Shown here: piece after piece, positions 55,998 through 64,000 of the stretch
Layout: every line of letters starts with the position of its first letter
Numbering within the stretch: position 1 is the stretch's first letter
From: Terriglobia bacterium
GTDB lineage: Bacteria > Acidobacteriota > Polarisedimenticolia > Polarisedimenticolales > JAIQFR01
Length of the DNA: 64,000 bases
Direction of reading: 5' to 3'
NCBI GenBank assembly: GCA_963748015.1
Contig: CAVVHE010000005.1
Coordinates: forward strand, 448,001-512,000
Position numbers and translations under genes: made by a program
The notes under the pieces: model-generated
Told to the model about the DNA's origin: nothing
What the model saw: the letters and a program-made list of their open reading frames with translations, nothing else
Databases searched by the model: none

Positions 55998-56959
55998 TGC
56001 GAGACCTTCGACGCAGGCGGGTGCTGGTGACCGGCGGCGCGGGCTTCCTCGGCTCGCACCTGTGCGAGCGTTTGCTCCGCGATGGCTGCGACGTGATCTG
56101 CGTGGACAACTTCTACACGGGAACGCGGGACAACATCCTGCCCTTGCTCGAGTCGCCGCACTTCGAGGTCCTGCGCCACGACGTCACCTTCCCGATCTAC
56201 CTCGAGATCGACGAGATCTACAACCTCGCCTGTCCGGCGTCGCCGATCCACTATCAGTTCGATCCGGTGCAGACCACGAAGACCAGCGTGCACGGGGCCA
56301 TCAACATGCTGGGCCTGGCGAAGCGCACCAGGGCGAAGATCTTCCAGGCCTCGACCAGCGAGGTGTACGGCGACCCCGAGGTACACCCGCAGCCGGAGGG
56401 CTACTGGGGGCACGTCAACCCGATCGGGCCGCGCGCGTGCTACGACGAGGGGAAGCGCTGCGCGGAGACGTTGTTCTTCGATTATCACCGGCAGCACAAG
56501 GTGCAGATCAAGGTGGCGCGGATCTTCAACACGTATGGCCCGCGCATGCATCCCAACGACGGGCGGGTCGTGTCGAACTTCATCGTGCAGGCACTCCGGA
56601 GTCAACCGCTGACGGTCTGCGGGGACGGCTCCCAGACGCGCGCGTTCTGCTATGTGGACGACCTGATCGAGGGATTCGTTCGTCTGATGGACCGATCAGG
56701 AGACTTCCCGGGGCCGATCAACCTCGGAAACCCTGGTGAGTTCACCATCCTCCAGCTGGCCGAGAAGGTCCTGAAGTTGACCGCCTCGCGCTCGAAGATC
56801 GAATTCCGTCCCTTGCCGGCGGACGACCCGAGGCAGCGGAAACCCGATGCCGCGTTGGCGAAGAAGCTGCTCGATTGGGAGCCGAAGATCTCCCTGGATG
56901 AAGGCCTCGGGCGCACGGTCGAGTACTTCGACCGGCTGATCCGCGACGAGAACACTTGA
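55994..56959 (+). CDS. uxs: UDP-glucuronate decarboxylase (UDP-xylose synthase)
   Basis: [54 protein letters not shown]. Confidence 0.9.
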   Translation: MMRDLRRRRVLVTGGAGFLGSHLCERLLRDGCDVICVDNFYTGTRDNILPLLESPHFEVLRHDVTFPIYLEIDEIYNLACPASPIHYQFDPVQTTKTSVHGAINMLGLAKRTRAKIFQASTSEVYGDPEVHPQPEGYWGHVNPIGPRACYDEGKRCAETLFFDYHRQHKVQIKVARIFNTYGPRMHPNDGRVVSNFIVQALRSQPLTVCGDGSQTRAFCYVDDLIEGFVRLMDRSGDFPGPINLGNPGEFTILQLAEKVLKLTASRSKIEFRPLPADDPRQRKPDAALAKKLLDWEPKISLDEGLGRTVEYFDRLIRDENT

Positions 56960-57479
56960 CCCCGGTCAACTGCCGCCCGGCTTGCGCGTCACCGTTGCAG
57001 GCGACGAACACCCCGCGGGGCGAAGCGGCTGTGAGTGAGGCAGCCCGTCCCGCGACGGGTGGTGGTGAATACTCACCGCGATATCTCGTACTCGCGACAC
57101 TCCCATCCGTTTGCGCCGCGCATCGGGCGTGTTAGATTGAAAAAGCTGACCGGGCCTGCAGCCGATGGAGCCCGTTAGGGCGCTCGGGATGGAGGGGGAT
57201 TTCGTACAGAACAAGAACGCTCTCTGCCGTTAGCCCATACCCCCGAGCGGAGGCCTGAGTTGTGTATTGACGAGAAAGGCAACGCCGGGACGACGACTCG
57301 ATTCCACCCGTCGCCGAGGTTGTGCCGAGGCCGTTCCCTCGTGATCGTGTGCTGCGAACGTCGGTCCGTTTCGAATGCCTCGGTGACGCTCTTTTCGAAG
57401 CAGTCGGGCGGTTATCAGCCAGCCGAAGGTCCGTTCAACGCGCTTCCTCCGCAGGCCGATCGACGCTTGGAACCTAGCC

Positions 57480-58702
57480 ATGCCGCGTAACCCTGAACCA
57501 CGACCCGCCTGCTACGCATTCAGCACGAACGCGTGGCAGGGCCCCTGGATGAACCGCCAGCAATTGCTCTCGCGATTGGGGCACCGCGGCTGGCCCGTGA
57601 TTTACAGCACAGGCGTGCCGAGTGTCTGGGAACGGAACTCCACGTCGTGGCGCATGGCCCCGCTCTTCGGACGGCAGTACGAAAGCGATGGCGTGCGAGT
57701 GGACATCGCCGGGCGCTTCTTACCCGTATGGCCTTCGCGTCCTCGCTACAACGATTGGGTTGTCGCGCGCTACTGTGCGGCGCTCAAGCGCCGCGGGCGC
57801 GTTCCAAGAGGGCGAGAGGGAATCGCCTATCTCTTCCTGCCGGAGTTCCTGTCGTACGCGCATTCCCTTGGGTGCCGCTATCTGGTCTACCATGCTGTCG
57901 ACGACTACGCCCAGACGTCGGGCTGGACGCGCGAGATGGAGCGTCTCCAGGAAGCAGCGGTCGCGCGTGCCGATCTCGTGCTCGCGACGACAGAAGACAC
58001 GCTTTCCAGACTGCCAGCCGGAGGGTCGGCGCCCCGTCGCGTACTGCACAACGGCGCCGACGTGGCTGCCTTTGCGAGTGGCCCGGGCCTGCCCTGCCCC
58101 GAGGATCTCGCGAGAATTCCGCATCCGCGGATCTGCTACGTCGGCGATTCTGAATCTAAAAGTGGACTTCAACGTCATCGCCGCCATCGCCCGTGCGCGG
58201 CCGGCTTGGCAATGGGTCATGGTCGGGCCCACCATTCGCGGGCTCGGTCATCCATCGAGCGATCCGAAGCTGGCCGAAGGTTACGAGATCTGTTGCCGTC
58301 TTTCCAACGTCCACTTTCTCGGCACCAAGCCCGTGGGTGAGTTGCCCGCATACGTGGGTCACGCGGACGTCAACGTAATGTGCTATCGCCACCAGGAAGC
58401 TGGCTGGTGGAACGCGGATTATCCGCTCAAACTGCATGAGTACCTTGCGGCCGGAAGGCCGGTGGTCAGCGCGCCATTGCAAGCGTCAAGCCGTTTGCCC
58501 ATGTGGTGGACCTTGCAGGCTCCGATGTCGAGTGGATACACGCCCTCGATCGGGCATTCTTTCATGGGGGCGTCGGGACACTCGAGGGCCGCCGCGCGGT
58601 TGCGTGGGAGAACACATGGGACCTCGGGTCGATCAACTCGAGAATTGGCTGAGCGAGATGGTTGACGCGGGTCCGCAGGCGCCATCGCGAATTGGTGGAT
58701 GA
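57480..58702 (+). CDS. GT-B glycosyltransferase (TuaH-like), split by several frameshifts
   Basis: WMNRQQLL, YHAVDDY, NGADV in the first frame; NLKVDF, YPLKLHEYLAAGRPVVS in another; ENTWD..RVDQLE at the end. Confidence 0.75.
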
Positions 58703-58878
58703 TCGGAGCTCTTCGGGCTATTTTGCGCTTCCCGCGATGCCTCACGGAGCCATTTCGAAGCACGAGCCGTCGGGTGGCTGCGGCGCGGGACGTCTTCGAC
58801 TCGCGGAAAGCTCCGGCACCTCTGCCGGCAATGGCCTCTCCACGATGGCCTCATGCCGGATAGCGAAAAGGCGGACCC

Positions 58879-59725
58879 ATGACAAGAGACCTGATCTTCG
58901 ATCTCGGAATGAACAACGGCGACGATACGGAGTTTTATCTCAGAAAAGGATTCCAAGTCGTCGCGGTCGAGGCGAACCCCGATCTGTGCGCACTGGGAAC
59001 TCAGAGGTTCGCGGCGGAGGTGCAGAGCGGGAGGCTCCGTATCGATCAACAGCGCCATCAGCACGGTCCGGCGGCCAGATCGAGTTGTTCGTCAACGAGG
59101 CGACGAGCGGCTGGACGACGACAAACCCCGTTTGGCTCAATACCCGCGTCGGACAGGGCACCAAGGCCTGCCCGTTGATCGTCCCCGCAGTGACCTTTCA
59201 GGAGATCCTTCGGGAGCTCGGCGTTCCGTACTACATCAAGGCCGACATTCAGGGAGCGGAGCTACACGTATTGGAAGCGCTCCTGGAGTTCGAAGACCGC
59301 CCCAAATTCATCTCCATCTCGTAGCGGCACGGACGTCATCGGCGCCGGCGCCATGCATCACGTTCGCAAAGTCATGAAACTGTTTTCCGACCTCGGATAC
59401 CGGAAGTTCAAGATCATTCAGCAACGAGACATCGAGCTACAGAAGTGCCCGTTCCCTGCGCGCGAGGGCTCCCACGTGGACTATCCCTTCAAACATGGCC
59501 AGAGCGGGCTGTTTGGCGAGGAACTTCCCGGCGAATGGATGGATCAACGACAGATCTTGAGGGAGTACCGGAAGATCGTGATGGGCTACAGGCTGGCGGG
59601 AAGCTCGCATTCGCCTCTCGCTTGGTTCAACAAGATACCGAGTTGGAGGGTCCGATCACATCCTCGATCGGCTCTTCTGGCGTGGTATCGGGTGGTACGA
59701 TACGCACGCGAAGCACGGGGCCTAG
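58879..59725 (+). CDS. FkbM-family methyltransferase, split by frameshifts
   Basis: IFDLGMNNGDDTEFYL..VAVEANP, YYIKADIQGAE, SGLFGEELPGEW, WYDTHA distributed over several frames. Confidence 0.75.
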
Positions 59726-59798
59726 GGCGACGATCCTGTAGCTGTCGGCGCGGAAGACGGCGAAGACCAACGAAGCAGGCCTGGACGCGGACGGAAAC

Positions 59799-60966
59799 AT
59801 GAGCCGGTGCCCATTGATCGCCCACGTCATCTACCGGCTCGGCGTGGGCGGGATGGAGAACGGGCTCGTCAACCTGATCAACGGGATGCCGCGGGACCGC
59901 TACCGCCACGCCATCGTCTGCCTCGTGGACTCCACGAGCTACAGGGACCGGATCGAGCGCCCGGACGTCGAGGTGATCGCCCTCGGGAAGAAGGCCGGCA
60001 AGGACCTCGGCCTCTACGCGAAGCTCTATCGCGCCCTGCGGGGGCTGCGACCCCGCCGTCGTGCACACCCGTAACCTCCCGGCCCTCGAGGGGCAGTGGG
60101 TGGGTGCCCTGGCGGGGGTGCGCGGGAAGGGTGCACGGCGAGCACGGCCGCGACATGTACGACCTGCACGGCCGGAGATTCAAGTACAACCTGCTGCGGA
60201 GAGGGATCCGTCCGCTGGTCGGCCACTACATCGCGGTGAGCAAGGACCTGGAGCGGTGGCTCCTCGAGACGGTCCGCGTGCCCCGCGGCCGGGTGACGCA
60301 GATCTACAACGGGGTGGACTGCGCTTCGCTTCCACCCGAGGGACGGGCGCGGGCGCGCGACGCGGAGGCCGTGTTTCCGCGGGACGCGATCGTCGTGGGA
60401 AGCGTGGGCCGAATGGCGGCCGTGAAGGACTTCACGATGCTGGTCAAGGCGTTCCTGCGCTCGTCGGGGAAGCCCTCGCTGCGGGACCGGCTGAGGCTGC
60501 TCATCGTCGGGGACGGGGACTCGCGGGAAGCGTGCCTGCGGCTGCTGCGGGAGGGAAACGCCGCCGACCTGGCGTGGCTTCCGGGGGAGCGGCCGGACGT
60601 TCCCGACCTGATGCGCTGCATGGACGTGTTCGTGCTCCCCTCGCTCGGCGAGGGGATCTCGAACACCATCCTCGAGGCCATGGCGACGGGCCTGCCGGTG
60701 GTGGCGACCGCGGTGGGCGGGAACCCTGAGCTCGTCGAGCCCGGCGTCACGGGCAGCCTGGTTCCCCCGGGCGACGTCGGCGCGATGGCGAAGGCGATCC
60801 GACGCCTACGCGCTCGAGCCGCGCGGCTCGAGCGCGCACGGCAAGCGGCCCGGGCGAAGATCGAGACGCAGTTCAGCATGACCGCATGATCGACGGCTAC
60901 CTCGGCGTCTACGGGGCGGTGCTCGAGGGGCGCCTCATGAGGGGCGTCGGGCGGGACGGCACGTGA
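59799..60966 (+). CDS. GT4 sugar transferase of the PEP-CTERM/exosortase-A EPS type (TIGR03088-like), frameshifted
   Basis: PLIAHVIYRLGVGGMENGLVNLIN, HTRNL, HGEHGRD, QIYNGVD, EGISNTILEAMATGLP. Confidence 0.8.
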
Positions 60967-61958
60967 CCCACGTGCTCATCACCGTGGACGTCGAGTCCGG
61001 GATCCGGGGCCGGCCAGCCGACCAGATCTGGGGCCGGGTGGACGGGGACCTCCGAACCGTTCGGCATCGACAGGATCATGGACCTCATGGAGTCCCGCGG
61101 GGTAAAGGGCACGTTCTTCCTCACGCCGTACGAGGCCGCGACGTACGGCGAGGCGAGATCGCCGCGATCGCGCGCCGGATCCACGAGAGGGGCCACGACC
61201 TCGAGCTGCACACCCATCCCTTCGCCATGTTCGGCTTCCACGACATGTCGAACGCTGCGATCGACGACCAGCTCGAGGTCCTACGCAAGTCGGCAAGGAC
61301 ATGCTCGAGCGGTGGACCGGGAAGACGGTCGTCGCGCACCGGGCCGGCGCCTACGGCGCGAATCTCGAGACGATCGAGGCCTGCCGTCGAGCGGGGCTTG
61401 GCGCTGGACGCGTCACTCTGCCCGGCGGTCTCGACCGAGCTCTCGCGGCAGCTCACGCCGACGAACCACTGGTTCCGTCGCGGGGACGTCGTCGTCCTGC
61501 CCGTGACCTACTACACCCAGGCCCGTCTCGGCCGGAGGCGGTTCCAGCGCATCCTGGACCTCGAGGCCAGCTCGCTGCGGGAGCTCAAGAACGGTCATCC
61601 GCCAGGCGCGGGACCGCTCGCTCGAGAACGTCAACATCATGATGCACAGCTTCCGTTCGTGAGATACGGCCGGCCCGATCGTGGTACGCTACGGCGGTTC
61701 GAGCGGCTGCTGGATTTCCTCGTCGAGGAGCCGGGCTTGGCGGTGTCACCGTGTCTTCCTTTTGCGAGATCGTCCGCGACCGGCCGGCGCCGGAGCCGGG
61801 CCCGGCGAACGCGGCCGTGCCGTACACGGGTTGGTGGCTCACCTACCTCAGGGCGCTCGAGGACATCGACAAGGGCCGGGCCAACGTGGGTGGTCGGGCT
61901 CGTCCCCGCTGATCCTGTTGCTGCTCGCCGCCGTGGCCGCATGATCGCGCTCCGCTGA
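60963..61958 (+). CDS. Polysaccharide deacetylase-like (NodB fold), frameshifted
   Basis: LITVDVE, KGTFF, GHDLELHTHP, HRAGAY, IMMHS in alternating frames. Confidence 0.7.
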   Translation: MTHVLITVDVESGIRGRPADQIWGRVDGDLRTVRHRQDHGPHGVPRGKGHVLPHAVRGRDVRRGEIAAIARRIHERGHDLELHTHPFAMFGFHDMSNAAIDDQLEVLRKSARTCSSGGPGRRSSRTGPAPTARISRRSRPAVERGLALDASLCPAVSTELSRQLTPTNHWFRRGDVVVLPVTYYTQARLGRRRFQRILDLEASSLRELKNGHPPGAGPLARERQHHDAQLPFVRYGRPDRGTLRRFERLLDFLVEEPGLAVSPCLPFARSSATGRRRSRARRTRPCRTRVGGSPTSGRSRTSTRAGPTWVVGLVPADPVAARRRGRMIALR

Positions 61959-61981
61959 CGGCGCCGAGAACCCTGGATCGC

Positions 61982-63204
61982 ATGCGCATTCTCCACGTAC
62001 TCGACCATTCCGTGCCGCTGCACAGCGGCTACTCGTTCCGCACCCTGGCGATCCTGCGCGAGCAGCGCGCGCTCGGATGGGAGACGATCCACCTCACGGG
62101 CCCGAAGCAGGGGGCCTGCGGCTGCTCTCCTGGAGCAAGCCGAGGGCCTGCCGTTCCACCGCACGAAGCCTCGGCGCGACCTCCTGTCGCGGGTGGCCGG
62201 CGTCCGCGAGCTCCTTCTCATGAGGGATCTCGGACGGCGGATCGCCGAGGTGGCGGACGAGAAGGCCCCGCAGATCCTGCACGCGCACTCTCCGGTGCTC
62301 GACGCCCTCCCGGCGCTACGGGTGGGGCGCCGGCTCGGCCTCCCGGTCGTGTACGAGGTGAGAGCGTTCTGGGAGGACGCCGCGGTCGAGCCACAGGACC
62401 GGCCGGGAGGGGGGCTTCCGCTTCCGCGCGACGCGCGCGATGGAGAGCCACGCCCTTCGCCGCGCCGACGCGGTCACGACGATCTGCGAGGGACTCCGCC
62501 GGGACATGATCTCGCGGGGGATTCCCGAGGAGCGAATCACGGTCATCCCCAACGCGGTAGACGTGACCAAGTTCCGTCTGGGCGGGGAAGCCGACGAGGC
62601 GCTCAAGAGCCGGCTGGGCCTTTCGGGCTCGCGCGTGCTGGGCTTCGTCGGCTCGTTCTACCGGTACGAGGGGCTGGACGTGCTCCTCCGCGCGGTTCCG
62701 GCGATTCTGGCGAAGGCGCCGGACACGAAGGTCCTGCTGGTGGGAGGGGGCGACGAGGAGGCCGCGCTCGCGAGGACGACGGAGCAGCTCGGCCTGGGGG
62801 ACAAGGTGGTGTTCACCGGAAGAGTCCCCCACGACCAGGTCCACCGGTACTACGACCTGATCGACGTGCTGGTGTACCCCCGCGTGTCGATACGCCTCAC
62901 CGAACTGGTCACGCCGCTCAAGCCGCTCGAGGCCATGGCGCAGGGAAGGCTCCTGGCCGCGTCCGACGTGGGCGGCCATCGCGAGCTGATCCGGGACGGG
63001 GAGAACGGGGTCCTGTTCCCGGCCGGAAACCCCGAGGGCCTCGCCGCGGCGGTCGTGTCGCTGCTCGAAGCGAGGGATCGCTGGCCGGCGCTCCGCGCCG
63101 CGGCGCGGAAGTTCGTCGAGACCGAACGCAACTGGCCCGCGAGCGTGGCGCGGTATCGCGAGGTCTACGGCCGGTTGACCGGTCCGGGCAGACGCACCCG
63201 ATGA
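61982..63204 (+). CDS. GT4 glycosyltransferase of the PEP-CTERM/exosortase-A EPS type (TIGR04063-like), frameshifted
   Basis: MRILHVLDHSVPLHSGYSFRT, HAHSP, YEVRAFWEDAAV, TTICEGL, LVTPLKPLEAMAQG. Confidence 0.85.
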
Positions 63205-64000
63205 ATCTGCTCACTTTCAGCACCCTCTACCCCAACGCCGCCGCCCCCACGCACGGCATCTTCGTCGAGACGAGGCTCCGGTACCTGCTGGCCTCCGGAG
63301 AGGCGGGCTCCACGGTCGTCGCGCCGGTGCCGTGGTTCCCCTCGGGGCATCCCCGGTTCGGACGGTACGCGGCGTACGCCCGCGCGCCGCGCGAGGAGGT
63401 CCGTCACGGGATCCGCGCGCTTCACCCGCGATACGCCGTGATTCCCGCAGTCGGCATGTCGGTCGCGCCGTTCCTGCTGGCCGCGGCCGCCGCGAGAGTC
63501 CTGAGACGGCTCCTCCGGGACGGGTGCCGCTTCGAGATCATCGACGCGCACTACTTCTACCCGGACGGCGTCGCCGCCGTCCTGCTCGGCAGGATGCTGG
63601 GCCGGCCCGTGGTGATCACGGCCCGTGGGACCGACATCAACCTCATCCCAAGGTATCGCCTTCCGCGGGCGATGATCCTGTGGGCCGCGCGGCGCGCGTC
63701 CGGCCTGGTCGCGGTGTGCGCGGCGCTCAAGGAGGAGATGGCGGCCCTGGGCGTGCCGTCGGAGAGGATCGAGGTGCTGCGCAACGGCGTCGATCTCGAG
63801 CGCTTCCGTCCGGTGGACCGGGACACGGAACGCGCGGCCCTTGGGCTCGGCGGCAAAACGCTGCTGTCGGTGGGGCACCTGATCCCCCGGAAGGCCCACG
63901 ACCTCGCGATCGGGAGCCTGCCCCACCTCCCGGAGTTCCGGCTGCTCGTCGCGGGCGAGGGCCCCGAGGAGAAGAGGCTCCGAAGCTTGGCCGCCAGCCT
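63201..64000 (+). CDS. GT4 glycosyltransferase (TuaC-like), 3'-truncated by the window edge, frameshift near 63250
   Basis: LLTFSTLYPN, HGIFVETRL, IDAHYFYPDGVAA, ITARGTDIN, LRNGVDL, LSVGHLIPRK. Confidence 0.8.
   Translation, partial: MNLLTFSTLYPNAAAPTHGIFVETRLRYLLASGEAGSTVVAPVPWFPSGHPRFGRYAAYARAPREEVRHGIRALHPRYAVIPAVGMSVAPFLLAAAAARVLRRLLRDGCRFEIIDAHYFYPDGVAAVLLGRMLGRPVVITARGTDINLIPRYRLPRAMILWAARRASGLVAVCAALKEEMAALGVPSERIEVLRNGVDLERFRPVDRDTERAALGLGGKTLLSVGHLIPRKAHDLAIGSLPHLPEFRLLVAGEGPEEKRLRSLAAS

Noticed and set aside
56960..57479. Possible ncRNA or small ORFs in the 520-bp gap
   Set aside because: No recognisable RNA motif, RBS-backed ORF or long stem; left unannotated

Overview
High-GC bacterial DNA, Acidobacteriota-like by gene style (inference only). 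The left part (1-23 kb) is mostly housekeeping and regulation: an amidohydrolase, a LOG-family protein, LPS glycosyltransferases, a family-5 UDG, a TlpA protein, two sigma54 activators, pstB-phoU-phoB-phoR, two cyclophilins, PilT, a dCMP deaminase and a sigma70-family factor. The right part (23-64 kb) is a large surface/exopolysaccharide island of the type seen in PEP-CTERM/exosortase-A organisms: secreted FN3 proteins, the HPr-rel-A trio (PqqD, HprK-like kinase, nucleotidyltransferase), a Wzx flippase, CDP-sugar genes, an acyl-CoA ligase/ACP/AsnB/NadE-like/AAC(3) module and many glycosyltransferases. Several of these genes carry single-base frameshifts that look like long-read errors. Four features stand out. 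(1) A possible modular surface-assembly system: a cohesin lipoprotein next to an FN3-IPT-dockerin protein, plus FN3 proteins that either lack strand A or carry an orphan strand-A-like peptide, with sigma54-type promoters. (2) A Tat-type, Gly-rich candidate precursor peptide directly upstream of the PqqD/kinase/nucleotidyltransferase genes. (3) Five copies of a 155-166 bp intergenic structured repeat whose core is conserved while its 25-36 bp terminal arms differ between copies yet stay fully paired. (4) Two unannotated 20-21 aa Lys/Ala micro-protein genes, each with its own promoter, RBS and terminator. No rRNA, tRNA, CRISPR array or transposase was seen.
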